DNA from: an uncultured bacterium
GTDB lineage: Bacteria > Krumholzibacteriota > Krumholzibacteriia > Krumholzibacteriales > Krumholzibacteriaceae
NCBI GenBank assembly: GCA_965371515.1
Contig: CBDUYR010000003.1
Coordinates: forward strand, 36,338-100,337
Reading direction: 5' to 3'
Length of the DNA stretch: 64,000 nt
Shown here in pieces: positions 44,997 to 55,186 of the stretch. A program made the translations under genes and the position numbers. Within the stretch, counting starts at the first letter, position 1; the number at the start of each line of letters is the position of its first letter. Below the pieces are notes generated by a model, which saw nothing but the letters and a program-made list of their open reading frames with translations, was not told the origin of the DNA and did no database searches.

Positions 44997-46154
44997 TCAG
45001 TCCCGCCTGAACAGGGCTACGGACTCAACGTGATACGTTCCCGGGAACATGTCGATCAGGTGTATCTCGGAAGGCGTCCATGACGCCTCGACAAGCCTTG
45101 CCGCGTCGCGCGCGAATGTCGGGGCATCGCATGAGATCATGATGATCTCGCGCGGGCGCAGCCTGATGATCGATTTCAGGACGCTCGCCGGGATTCCTGC
45201 CCGGGGCGGGTCAGTCAGGACGAGATCGGCTTCCCTGACCCTGGAAAATCCCCTTTCGGCCATTTCCCTGATGAACCGGACGTTCGCCACCTTGTTGAGT
45301 CTGGCAGAGGCGACGGCGTTTTTGTGCGCCTGTCGCTGGACCTCTAACCCCACCGCGTCTATGGCCCGTGCGGCCATCGGGAGGGTGAAGAATCCGACTC
45401 CGCAGTAGAGGTCGAGGAACTTCCGGGCTGTCTTTTTCGGGAGAGATACGGCCAGCTTCATCAGCGAGTCGTTGAGATGTCGGTTGATCTGGAAAAACGC
45501 TTCGGGATAGACGGGGAAGCTGAAATCGCCGGCCTTCATGAGGATGTCGGGCGTGCTGAGCATTCCCTCCACCCCCCAGAAATGGATCGCCCCGAAGCTG
45601 TCCAGCCGCACCCTTACCTTCGTGCCGGGTATGAGGGCTTCGGGCGGCAGAGACGATATCGCTTCCCTCATCTCCGGGGGAAGGAGAAGGCATCCCTCTT
45701 CCGGGAATGGCACGATCTCGTTTGATTCCCTCTTCGAGAATCCCGTCTCCCCACCTGATCCGACCTTGAACAGGGCGTGATTCCGGTAACCGAAGCGCTC
45801 CGGACATGTGGTGTACGATACGATCTCGGTCTCGATGCCTCCAATACGGCGAAGGGAGGAGAGGAATGTCTCCTTCTTGACTTTCGTCTCCTCCTCGTAA
45901 TCGAGATGCAGGAGGTGGCACCCTCCGCACCGGCCGAAAACGGGGCATTGCGCCTCCCGCCTTGCGGGAGAGGGCTCGACGATCCCCGTGATCTCCCCGA
46001 AGAGGCATTTCTTTTTTTTCTTCGTGACGGTGAATTCGACCGTGTCTCCGGCCGCGGCATAAGGCAGGAAGAGGGTCATGTCCTCGAAATGGGCCAGCCC
46101 CATCCCCCCGTAAACGATCTTCTCGATCTGAGTTCTACCTGTTTTTGCTTCCAT
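44997..46154 (-). CDS. RNA m5U methyltransferase (RlmD/TrmA family) with TRAM domain
   Basis: TRAM N-terminus, CPVFGRCGGC, FFQIN, LDLYCGVG, DPPRAG, ISC, DMFPGTYHVE. Confidence 0.92.
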   Translation of the reverse strand: MEAKTGRTQIEKIVYGGMGLAHFEDMTLFLPYAAAGDTVEFTVTKKKKKCLFGEITGIVEPSPARREAQCPVFGRCGGCHLLHLDYEEETKVKKETFLSSLRRIGGIETEIVSYTTCPERFGYRNHALFKVGSGGETGFSKRESNEIVPFPEEGCLLLPPEMREAISSLPPEALIPGTKVRVRLDSFGAIHFWGVEGMLSTPDILMKAGDFSFPVYPEAFFQINRHLNDSLMKLAVSLPKKTARKFLDLYCGVGFFTLPMAARAIDAVGLEVQRQAHKNAVASARLNKVANVRFIREMAERGFSRVREADLVLTDPPRAGIPASVLKSIIRLRPREIIMISCDAPTFARDAARLVEASWTPSEIHLIDMFPGTYHVESVALFRRD

Positions 46155-46294
46155 CCGGCTGACTATATGCCGGTAGCCCCGAGAAATCTACACTTTACCG
46201 CCCGGCTCCCGGCGCATATTATTCTCCAATACGCCCAATCGGCTTACGACCGGCATGATGGCGGCGTGCAGCGCCACTGCAGCGGGAGATCGAC

Positions 46295-47506
46295 TTGCGA
46301 ATCGGAATGGTGCTCCAGACGACGATCCCTCCACACGATATCCGGGTGGAAAAAGAGGCGGGGACCCTCATCCGGGAGGGCCACGACGTCCATCTCCTGC
46401 TCGAGGGGGCAGATGGACAGCCCGACGAGGAGATGTGGGAGGGGATGAGGCTGCTTCGAGGCGTGAGGATGAGCGGCGCGAGGGAGAAATTCCACAGGTA
46501 CACCTTTAACTTCACATTCCGCGACGGGCTCTGGCGGCGGGCGATCACCGATTTCGTGCGGAGCAGGAAGATAGACGTTCTGCACGTCCACGACCTCCCG
46601 CTCGTCGGCGAGGCGGTTCGCGTCGGCAGGGCCGAGGGCATCCCCGTCGTTGCCGATCTTCACGAGAACTTTCCGGGAGGGCTGCAGGTCTGGTACACCA
46701 GCTCGTTGAAAAAGAAGACCATATATAATTTCGGCCGCTGGTCCCGCTACGAGAGAGAGATCCTGGGCGAGGCCGATGCCGTCATAGCCGTTGTCGAAGA
46801 ATCGAAGAAGCGGCTCGAGGGAATCGGGATACCCGGGGAAAAGATATTCGTCGTCTCGAACACCGCCCACAGGAAGGGGGAGGAGTCTCCCGTCGATCTG
46901 GGCATCCTCGAGAAATACCGCGACAGGTTCGTGATCTCGTATGTGGGCAAATTCTCCACCCACAGGGGTCTCGATGTGATCATAAGCGCGATGCCGGAGC
47001 TCCGCGAGAAGGTGCCGGAGATACTTCTCCTCCTGGTCGGCGACAGGAACAAGCCGTACATGGATTACCTGGTCAGCCTCGTCGACAGGCTCGGATGCGC
47101 CGACGTCGTCGAGATGACCGGCTGGCAGACGTTCGACAGGATATGGAGCTACATACACGCGAGCGATGTCTGCCTCGTACCGCACCAGAGGAATCCGCAC
47201 ACCGACACGACGATACCACACAAGATCTTTCAGTACATGATGCTCGGCAAACCCGTCATCGTCAGCGACTGCCCGCCCCTGGCAAGGGTGATAACCGATT
47301 CCGGCGGCGGGCTTGTATTCGGACACGACGATCCGTCCGATTTCGCGGCAAAAGTCAGACAGCTCCGGGACGACGCAGAACTTCGCGCGCGAGTCTCCCA
47401 ATCGGGGAGGTCGGCATTTCTCGACAGATACAACTGGGAAAGCACCAGCGGGGAGCTGGTAAGGCTGTACGAAAGCATGGACCGCCGAACGGGAGGACCC
47501 ATTTGA
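46295..47506 (+). CDS. GT4 glycosyltransferase
   Basis: [36 protein letters not shown]. Confidence 0.9.
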   Translation: MRIGMVLQTTIPPHDIRVEKEAGTLIREGHDVHLLLEGADGQPDEEMWEGMRLLRGVRMSGAREKFHRYTFNFTFRDGLWRRAITDFVRSRKIDVLHVHDLPLVGEAVRVGRAEGIPVVADLHENFPGGLQVWYTSSLKKKTIYNFGRWSRYEREILGEADAVIAVVEESKKRLEGIGIPGEKIFVVSNTAHRKGEESPVDLGILEKYRDRFVISYVGKFSTHRGLDVIISAMPELREKVPEILLLLVGDRNKPYMDYLVSLVDRLGCADVVEMTGWQTFDRIWSYIHASDVCLVPHQRNPHTDTTIPHKIFQYMMLGKPVIVSDCPPLARVITDSGGGLVFGHDDPSDFAAKVRQLRDDAELRARVSQSGRSAFLDRYNWESTSGELVRLYESMDRRTGGPI

Positions 47507-48609
47507 AAGTAAAACTGCTCGATCTGACTGCGCAATATGAAGAAATCCGCGGCGAGGTGCTGGATGCGGTGAACGAGGTCTTCGAGTCGCAGTACTTCAT
47601 CCTGGGCCCGAAGGTGGCGGATCTCGAAAAGCAGCTCGCCGAATACTGCGGCACGAAGGATGCGGTCGGAGTGGCGTCGGGGAGCGATGCTATTCTCCTC
47701 TGCCTGATGGCCCTCGGGATCGGTCCAGGGGACGAGGTCATAACCACGCCGTATACCTTTTTCTCGACCGTCAGCAGTATCACTAGACTCGGAGCGCGCC
47801 CGGTCTTCGCCGACATCGATCCGGAGACTTACAATATCGATCCGGCCGCCGTGACGAATGCAATGACCGACAGGACAAAGGCGATCCTCGTCGTTCATCT
47901 CTACGGACAGACAGCCGATATGGATCCGATCCTCGAAGCGGCGCGCGCGCGGGGGATACCAGTCATCGAGGACGCCTGCCAGGCGATAGGCGCGGAGTAC
48001 AAGGGGCGCAGGGCGGGCTCGCTGGGGCTTGCCGGCTGCTTCTCCTTCTTTCCTTCGAAGAATCTCGGAGGCGCGGGCGACGGCGGTATGATCACGACAG
48101 ACGACGATGAGCTGGCCGGACACCTGCGCAGGTTGAGAAACCACGGCGGCAGGGAGAGGTACTACCACGACGAAGTCGGCATCAACAGCCGTCTGGATGC
48201 GGTGCAGGCGGCCGTCCTGCTCGTCAAACTCCGCTACCTCGACTCGTGGAGCGACGGAAGGATCGGTAACGCCGCACGTTACGAAGAGATGCTGGGCGGT
48301 ATCGACGGTATAGCGACTCCCGTGGTCAGCGAGGGGAACCGCCACATATACAACCAGTACGTGATACGCGCACCGCGCAGGGACGAACTGAGATCCTTCC
48401 TGCAGGATGGCGATATCGGCTGCGAGATATACTATCCTGTTCCGCTGCACCTTCAGAAATGCTTCTCTTTTCTAGGCGGCGGGGAAGGGGATTGCCCCGA
48501 GGCGGAAAGGGCGGCGCTCGAGACGCTGGCGCTTCCCATATTCACGGAGCTGACGCCGGAGATGCAGGAGTACGCGGCGGGAAAGATCGCGGAGTTCTAT
48601 CGGCAGTGA
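47503..48609 (+). CDS. DegT/DnrJ/EryC1/StrS PLP aminotransferase
   Basis: TTG start after [47 protein letters not shown]. Confidence 0.93.
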   Translation: MKVKLLDLTAQYEEIRGEVLDAVNEVFESQYFILGPKVADLEKQLAEYCGTKDAVGVASGSDAILLCLMALGIGPGDEVITTPYTFFSTVSSITRLGARPVFADIDPETYNIDPAAVTNAMTDRTKAILVVHLYGQTADMDPILEAARARGIPVIEDACQAIGAEYKGRRAGSLGLAGCFSFFPSKNLGGAGDGGMITTDDDELAGHLRRLRNHGGRERYYHDEVGINSRLDAVQAAVLLVKLRYLDSWSDGRIGNAARYEEMLGGIDGIATPVVSEGNRHIYNQYVIRAPRRDELRSFLQDGDIGCEIYYPVPLHLQKCFSFLGGGEGDCPEAERAALETLALPIFTELTPEMQEYAAGKIAEFYRQ

Positions 48610-48628
48610 CCGGACACCGGAGGCCCTC

Positions 48629-49768
48629 TTGAAGATCGTCTGTTTTTCCGAGATCCAGTGGCGCTACGTCAGGACGCGCAAGCAGCAGATCCTGTCGAGA
48701 TTCCCGAACGACCGCGAGATCCTCTTTCTGTCGACGGTTGTCAGGGGGAGACGCAGCAATTTCAGGCCGGAGAGGGACGGCAATATCGTTCATGCATGCG
48801 TGCCTGTTCTCAAGAATTTCCCGCAGAAATGGGCGAGGGCGCTCTTCTCCTTCCCTCCGGCGAGATTTATCTGGAACACGATGCTTTTCATATGGCTGAA
48901 GGTCCTCTTCAGGGCGACCGGTTTCCACCGGAGCGACCGGGTCTTCTACGTATCGAACGTGTACTACGCCCCGATTCTTCCACTGTTCTCGAGAAGGCTG
49001 ATGCTCTACGACTGCAACGACGATCCTCTCTCGTTCCCCAACGTTCCGGGCTGGGTCTCCGGCTGTTTCGAGAGAGTGGCGGGGGATGCAGACGTCGTGA
49101 CGGCGGTCAGTGCCGGGCTCGTCGAGAGGCTGAAGGAAGCGGGAGCAGAGGATGCAGTGCTGCTGGGAAACGGCGTCGATTACGAGACGTTTCAGCGCTC
49201 CGCGGCGGCTGGTCCTCCGGACGACGTGAAGGATCTCGGTCGTCCTGTGATCGGATACGCCGGCGCCATCGCGCAGTGGTTCGATTTCGAGCTGATCGGG
49301 ATGATCGCGAAGAGATTCCCCGGGGCCTCCATTGTCCTGATCGGGCCGGTCTTCAGGGAGGTCGAGGATCGGGCGCGGCGCCTGGTGGAGGAGAGGGGGA
49401 ACGTGATCTTTCTCGGCGAGAAGAAGTATGATGAGCTCGGTGCGTATCTCTCGTCGATGGACGTCTGCATGATACCGCTCGAGGCCAACGAGCTTCGGCG
49501 CCTGGCCGATCCCAACAAGCTCTACGAATACGCGGCGGTCGGCAAACCGGTCGTCACGATGGCGTACTCGGAGGAGATCGCGTCGCTGGATGGCCTTGTA
49601 TACGTCGCACGCTCGCGCGGGGAATTCGTCGACAAAATAGAGGAAGCTCTCGGAAAGGGGGCCGATTCAGAAGCACTGCGGGAATTCGCCCGGGCGAGGA
49701 GCTGGCGGAGCCGGGCGGACGAGATGACGAGGCTCATAGATGAGGCGATCGAAGAGAAAGATCAATAA
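48629..49768 (+). CDS. GT-B fold glycosyltransferase (GT4-like)
   Basis: YDCND, NGVD, IGYAGAI, PNKLYEYAAVGKPVV. Confidence 0.88.
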   Translation: MKIVCFSEIQWRYVRTRKQQILSRFPNDREILFLSTVVRGRRSNFRPERDGNIVHACVPVLKNFPQKWARALFSFPPARFIWNTMLFIWLKVLFRATGFHRSDRVFYVSNVYYAPILPLFSRRLMLYDCNDDPLSFPNVPGWVSGCFERVAGDADVVTAVSAGLVERLKEAGAEDAVLLGNGVDYETFQRSAAAGPPDDVKDLGRPVIGYAGAIAQWFDFELIGMIAKRFPGASIVLIGPVFREVEDRARRLVEERGNVIFLGEKKYDELGAYLSSMDVCMIPLEANELRRLADPNKLYEYAAVGKPVVTMAYSEEIASLDGLVYVARSRGEFVDKIEEALGKGADSEALREFARARSWRSRADEMTRLIDEAIEEKDQ

Positions 49769-49780
49769 GAAAGGGGCTGC

Positions 49781-51007
49781 GTGAGAAAGAACATTCTGGT
49801 TGCGGCGGCGGCGATATTCCTGGCGGGCATCTTTCCGTCCTGTTCCGGCGAGATGAATACCACCGGCACGTCCGACCTCTATCTCCTCGAGGAGCTGGAG
49901 ACGGCCCGTTCGGTCGAGGATGCGGACAAGAGACTCGAGCGGCTCGAGATCTTTGCGGCCAACAACTCTCTGCATCCCTACCGCTCTCTGGCGTACGAGG
50001 ATATTCTCGAGACGATGGCGGTGGACAAGGGTGACATGGAGGGAGCGCTCGCGTATTACGACGGATTGATGGAGAGGGAGAAGGATCAGGCGATCCGCGG
50101 GAAGCTTCTCTTCGCGAAGTTCGAGCTCTTCTGGGAGGCCGACTCGCTCCGGTCCGTTGCCCTCGCAAAGGAGGTCCTCGAAAGCGGCGAGAAGGATTTC
50201 CGGCTGCTGATGTACATGGCTTACTACATGATGGGCGCGGAGGGGCAGGAAGAGATCACCGACGCGGTCTTCGTGAGGCTGATCGAGGTGACGGACGACG
50301 AGCACAGGAAGAATCACGCCCGCACGATATACGCCGAGTTCCTCGAGGCCAACGGCCGTCAGGAAGAGGCGGCAGAGGTGCTCGCTCTGGCCTCGTCGTA
50401 TACATTCGCCAACGCGCCGATCGGGCGCAGGCTATGGGAGGAGGAAAGGCGGGAGGAGGCGCTGGAGAGGTACATATTCCTGGCGGCGGGAGCCCCCGGG
50501 TACAGGAAGTACATCAAGCTCGACAGTCTCTATTCGGTCGTCTATTCCTTGTCGAACGACCTCGAATCGAGGATCGCGGCCCTCAGGATAATCGACGGCC
50601 CGCAGATCCCGGACCGGGAATTTGTCGACATCAGGGGAATGCGTCACTCGATATCCGGGTACCGCGGCTTCAAGATGGTGATCACGGCTTTCAGCCCCAC
50701 CTGACCTCCCTGTATTGCGGAGTTGCCGCAAATGGAAGAGCTGAAGGAGAAGGAAGCCGCCCTTGGATTCAAGCTCCTGCTGATTGACGGGAAGGGGATG
50801 CTCGAGAAGACCCGCGGGATCATGGCTGACAAGGGGATCACGATACCGGTGCTTCTGGACAGCCGTCAGTACTCACGCGAGGTGCTCGGCACGATGTACA
50901 CCCCGACGACTTACGTGATCGATTCGGAAGGCCGGGTAAGGTGCCGGCTGGTCGGGCATTCGAAGGATTTCAACGGGATCGTCGCAGACGTCCTGAGCCG
51001 GATATAG
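49781..51007 (+). CDS. Selenoprotein: lipoprotein with TPR-like helical region and TlpA/peroxiredoxin-like thioredoxin domain (UPPC)
   Basis: ORFs 49781-50704 and 50723-51007 are in the same frame, separated only by TGA 50702-50704; readthrough gives ITAFSPT-U-PPCIAELPQM...IPVLLD..YTPTTYVID. Confidence 0.85.
50710..50735 (+). promoter_or_regulatory. Putative bacterial SECIS element
   Basis: TTGCGG-AGTTG-CCGCAA hairpin with extendable lower stem; loop begins 16 nt after the UGA and has G at loop position 2. Confidence 0.7.
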
Positions 51008-51056
51008 CAGTTCAGGAAGCCGGATAACGATGCAACTTATTGATATGATTGAGGAT

Positions 51057-51154
51057 AAAAAGGGGTGGGGTTCCCGCCATGATGTCTGTCGAAAGTGTTT
51101 CGCAGTTCCAGGCGGAAACCCCGGAGGGGTATTCCCCGAACAATTGGGTCTCGC
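51057..51154 (-). ncRNA. Candidate structured small RNA
   Basis: Own promoter-like TTGACT-N16-TATCTT (TG-extended) at 51189-51162, long GGGGTTTCCGCC/GGCGGGAACCCC stem with inner CTG-CGAAA/TTTCG-CAG stem, followed by a T-run. Confidence 0.5.
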
Positions 51155-51260
51155 AGTAGTAAAGATAACAAAGAATCGTTATAAGTCAAGATAAATCCCG
51201 AGTAATTTGGTAGGTTATTATACCTATATCATATCCGGCCGGATTCAGGCTGCGCTCCTG

Positions 51261-52862
51261 TCAGACTCCTGCTCCTGCAGGCTCGTTTTCCGTAAGGGCG
51301 ATCCTCGCCTCTGATATCTGATCCAGCAGCTCGGGGCCGATCTCCAGGGCTGCCGCCCTCTCCAGCACGGCCGCTGCATCCTTGCCGTTTCCAAGCTCCG
51401 AATCGAGGATCTTCGCCAGGGCGATCGACGCCTTGGCAGTCACTGTCGTAACTGTATTGCAGGTGATGATGAACCTGTAGATGTCAACCGCTTCGGGATG
51501 GTGTCCCTGTGACGAGAGCCATTTTGCCGACCTCAGCAGCAGCTGCGGATTCACGTCGACCGAGGCGGGGGACCTGTCCTCGATTATTGCGAGGGCCAGC
51601 CTCGCCGCATCCTCGTTGCGCGATTTGATCAGCAGGTTCTTCAGCACCTTCTCGTTGATCTCGCAGCACTCATCGACCATGTCATGCTCACCGTAGAGGA
51701 CCGCGATGTCCTGCTGGAGGCTCATGTCGTCGGGACGGTCGTCCACGAGGGTTGTGAACAGGAGCTTCGCGCGCTCGACGTTCCCTGAGGCGAGGAGCTC
51801 GCACGCCTCTTCAAATCTCGGATCTTTCTGCACACCGTTGTCGACCCGCGCCTTCCGGACCATCGGATCGATCCATTTCGATTCGAGTCCCGTGGCCTTG
51901 AACACGAGTGCCGTGATCACTCCGCCCATATACCCCGCGATATGCGCTACGTAGGCCACTCCAGAGCCGCCGAAGAAATCGGAAAGTTCTTTCATGGCGA
52001 TCTGCTGTATGAACCAGAGGGGGAGGAATACGAATGCCGGCAGGTGGAATGTTCCCCAGAACGGCCTGAAGAAGAGCAGGAAAAAATAGAAGAACTTTAT
52101 CTTCGTCATGAAGTGCCTGATGGTGAACGCCCCCATCGCCGCCGCGATCGCCCCGGACGCTCCGATCAGAGGGATGGACGATCCGGGTTCGGAAAGGCAG
52201 TGCGCCAGTCCGGCGAACGCTCCGCCGAGGAGGTAGAATCCGAGAAAGGTCTTCCTGCCCCAGGTGTCCTCGAGAAGGCATCCTACCACCCAGAGGAAGA
52301 GCATGTTTCCCAGGAGGTGCCAGGTGTCGCCGTGCAGGAAGATGTGCGTGATAAAGGTGTGCGCCCTGCTCATCCTGCTCGGAACGAGGCCGAGGGCGTA
52401 ATTGACATGACTGTCGAGGACCTTCGTCTCCCGTTTCTTCAGCCTCTTCCATTCGGCGAAGACGTTTATTTCATCGCTGAATTCCGGATAGTACGATTCG
52501 TCCCTCTCCGCAAGTTCCCGGCCGTACGATTCGATATCACCGAAAGCGCTGTATGAGCCGCCCATCGCCTCGATGAGGCCCATCTCGAGGTCGTAGTAAC
52601 CATCGGCCAGCTCCATCATCTCGATGCCGTGTGCCGCCGCGGGAGTCATATGACCGGGCAATCCGCCATCGCGGCTCTTGTCCAGTATGTACAGCCGCAC
52701 CTGCTGTGCGTACAGGTCCCTGTGGACCTTGAACATCTCTTCCCCGGTCTGCCCGGACAACGTGGAGGCGAGGATGTGCACGATTATGCATGCGGCGATA
52801 AGACCGATAGTGACTTTGGGCTTGAGAGCCAGGGCGGCCTTGGTGCCTATGGGGATTATCAT
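51261..52862 (-). CDS. Rhomboid intramembrane serine protease with soluble insert and C-terminal TPR-like domain
   Basis: MIIPIGT start, THIFLHG..HLLGNMLFLW, IGASGAIA, VAYVAHIAG. Confidence 0.9.
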   Translation of the reverse strand: MIIPIGTKAALALKPKVTIGLIAACIIVHILASTLSGQTGEEMFKVHRDLYAQQVRLYILDKSRDGGLPGHMTPAAAHGIEMMELADGYYDLEMGLIEAMGGSYSAFGDIESYGRELAERDESYYPEFSDEINVFAEWKRLKKRETKVLDSHVNYALGLVPSRMSRAHTFITHIFLHGDTWHLLGNMLFLWVVGCLLEDTWGRKTFLGFYLLGGAFAGLAHCLSEPGSSIPLIGASGAIAAAMGAFTIRHFMTKIKFFYFFLLFFRPFWGTFHLPAFVFLPLWFIQQIAMKELSDFFGGSGVAYVAHIAGYMGGVITALVFKATGLESKWIDPMVRKARVDNGVQKDPRFEEACELLASGNVERAKLLFTTLVDDRPDDMSLQQDIAVLYGEHDMVDECCEINEKVLKNLLIKSRNEDAARLALAIIEDRSPASVDVNPQLLLRSAKWLSSQGHHPEAVDIYRFIITCNTVTTVTAKASIALAKILDSELGNGKDAAAVLERAAALEIGPELLDQISEARIALTENEPAGAGV

Positions 52863-53069
52863 GCGCAGACCTCTCTTCCGGCCGCCTTCCCGGCCGGACA
52901 GGCGTATATTGCAATATGAGACTGCCCGGAGGACAGCCTGTGATGTCACCGCCGGGTGGGTTGTGTAACCACGTGCAGTTAAATATCTTGAGTTGCTGTC
53001 CCTACCACGGCCAACCGTTTCGATGGGTAATCTGCAAGAAGGATTCCAGACCTGTGCGGGTGGGCGGAC

Positions 53070-53738
53070 CTATTTAGTGCCGGCCGCCTGGTGGGCCATC
53101 CTGAGCGGTACGGGGATACGGAATCTCGGCGAGCAGGCCAGAACGAACCGGATCGAACTCCGCAGATCGATCATGTGGCCCGGAGAGACGTAGACGGGCC
53201 TCACGTCCTTCCTCGTGCGGAGGACCGAGCCGATGATCCGGCCCGACCTGTCCTTCACGGGCGATCTTTCTCCGCGCTCCCGCCCCGGCTCCTCGTATTT
53301 GCCGAAGAGATGAGACTTGGCGCAGCCTATCGAGGGGAGGCCGAGGGTGATGCCGAGATGGCTGGCCATGCCCAGTCCCCTGGGATGAGCCGTGCCGTGG
53401 CTGTCGCAGAGAAGCAGATCGGGTGCCGTACGCAGATATTTCCACGCCTCGAGTATCGGGGGTATCTCACGGAACGAGAGCAGCCCGGGGATGTAGGGGA
53501 ATGATGTTTCGGTGTCCCGGACGACAGATTCGACCAGTTCGAGGCCGGGGAAGGAAAGGACGACAAGCGCCGCCCGGGAAGTCTCCCGCGTGGGGAAATG
53601 GACGTCGGCGGCTGCTATCATGCCTACCTTCCGGCCGTCCCATTTTCTGCTGACGCGGCCGCTGAGGCGTTTCTGCAGCTCTATCGCTTCGGAAGGAGTT
53701 ACCATCGGTTGACGCCATACATGATCTGCTGCAGCCAT
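53070..53738 (-). CDS. nfi: Endonuclease V
   Basis: AADV, FPYIPGLLSFRE, DSHGTAHPRGLGMASH, IGCAKS, PVYVSPGH. Confidence 0.93.
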   Translation of the reverse strand: MAAADHVWRQPMVTPSEAIELQKRLSGRVSRKWDGRKVGMIAAADVHFPTRETSRAALVVLSFPGLELVESVVRDTETSFPYIPGLLSFREIPPILEAWKYLRTAPDLLLCDSHGTAHPRGLGMASHLGITLGLPSIGCAKSHLFGKYEEPGRERGERSPVKDRSGRIIGSVLRTRKDVRPVYVSPGHMIDLRSSIRFVLACSPRFRIPVPLRMAHQAAGTK

Positions 53739-53748
53739 GGCGATCCCG

Positions 53749-55146
53749 TCAGCTGAGCTCGACTTCCTCGCCAGGCTCGGGCAGGTGCACCGGGTATCCG
53801 TCCGCGGTCAGGGCATTGAAAAGCTCGCGCGACTGCTCTTCCTCGCCGTGTACGAGGAAGATCCCCTTCACCTTGCCCTTCAGGGGCTTGACGTACTCGA
53901 GCAGTTCATTGCGGTCGGCGTGGGAACTGAAGGCATTCATGATCTCGACTTCGGCCTTGAGATTGTATTCCTCGCCGAAGATTTTCACGACTGGCTTTCT
54001 CTCGACGATCTTGCGGCCGAGGGTGTTTCTCGCCATGTAGCCGACAACGAGCACGGTGTTCTTCGGGTCCTCGATATTGTTCTTAAGGTGATGGAGTATC
54101 CTTCCCGCTTCGCACATCCCCGACGCGGAGATGATGATCATCGGCCTGTCGTCGCTGTTCAGTTCCTTGGAGCGTTCCACGTCCTTGACGTACTCGAAGT
54201 TGATCGTTCCCAGCGGATCCTCGCCCGTGTTGAACGATCTGTACATCTCCTCGTCGTATACCTGGGGATGATGGGAGAATATCTCGGTGACCCTGGTGGC
54301 CAGAGGACTGTCGATGATAACGGGGATGTCGGAGAGCCTGCCCTCGCGCCGCAGCTGGCTGAGGAAGTAGACGATCTCCTGTGTTCTCTCCAGGGCGAAT
54401 GAGGGGATGATGATCTTGCCGCCCCTGTTGACTGTCCGGGAGATGCAGTCGGCGAGTTTTTCCTTACCCGTTTCGATAGGGTCGTGCACCCGGCCGCCGT
54501 ACGTACTCTCCAGTATGAGCCAGTCTATCTCGGGAGGCTGCTCGGGATCGTTGAGTATGGGGATATCCTTCCGTCCCAGGTCGACGGCGTAGGCCAGCCT
54601 GACCTTGTCGTCGTCGGGACCGATCTCGATCAGGGGAGTCGCCGATCCAAGAACGTGGCCGGCGTCGTAGAATGTCACGTCGATGTCATCGGTGACGTTG
54701 ACCCTCTGGTTGTAGGGATGGCCCGTGAAGAATTCCAGTGATTCCACTGCATCTTCCTTCGTGTAGATCGGTTTTACGGGAGGGAGCCCTTTCCTCTTGT
54801 GCAGCTTGTTGACGTACTTGGCGTCAGATTCCTGGATGTACCCGCTGTCAGGGAGCATGGCGGAGCAGAGATCCCTCGTCGGATCGGTCGTGACGATCCT
54901 TCCTTCGAAATCCTGCTTGATAAGGTTGGGGATGTTGCCGCTGTGATCGATATGAGCGTGGGAGAGGATGCATGCGTCGAGTTCGCCCGGAACGAAATCG
55001 AACGTCGAGTTCTTCTCGAAAAAATCCTGCCGCCGTCCCTGGAACAGGCCGCAGTCGATGATGACCTTCGAGATATCGGTCGTTATGAGGTGGTTCGAAC
55101 CGGTTACCTCTCTGACCGCGCCCAGGAACTTCAGTTTGATTCCCAT
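53749..55146 (-). CDS. MBL-fold beta-CASP RNA-processing metallo-hydrolase
   Basis: LKFLGAVREVTGS, DCGLFQG, SHAHIDHSG, AGHVLGS, ESTYG, SASGM, FSSHAD, VHGE; ATG 55146 with AAGGAG. Confidence 0.92.
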   Translation of the reverse strand: MGIKLKFLGAVREVTGSNHLITTDISKVIIDCGLFQGRRQDFFEKNSTFDFVPGELDACILSHAHIDHSGNIPNLIKQDFEGRIVTTDPTRDLCSAMLPDSGYIQESDAKYVNKLHKRKGLPPVKPIYTKEDAVESLEFFTGHPYNQRVNVTDDIDVTFYDAGHVLGSATPLIEIGPDDDKVRLAYAVDLGRKDIPILNDPEQPPEIDWLILESTYGGRVHDPIETGKEKLADCISRTVNRGGKIIIPSFALERTQEIVYFLSQLRREGRLSDIPVIIDSPLATRVTEIFSHHPQVYDEEMYRSFNTGEDPLGTINFEYVKDVERSKELNSDDRPMIIISASGMCEAGRILHHLKNNIEDPKNTVLVVGYMARNTLGRKIVERKPVVKIFGEEYNLKAEVEIMNAFSSHADRNELLEYVKPLKGKVKGIFLVHGEEEQSRELFNALTADGYPVHLPEPGEEVELS

Positions 55147-55186
55147 CGTTCTCCTTTCAGATCCGGTGCTTTCCGCCATGTATTTC

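Noticed and set aside
47095..47502. N-terminal extension of the aminotransferase ORF
   Set aside because: Overlaps the GT4 gene; the family N-terminus and RBS support TTG 47503.
50702..50704. Nonsense mutation/pseudogene interpretation of the TGA
   Set aside because: Its position at the redox Cys and the SECIS-like hairpin favour selenocysteine, pending confirmation of sel genes.
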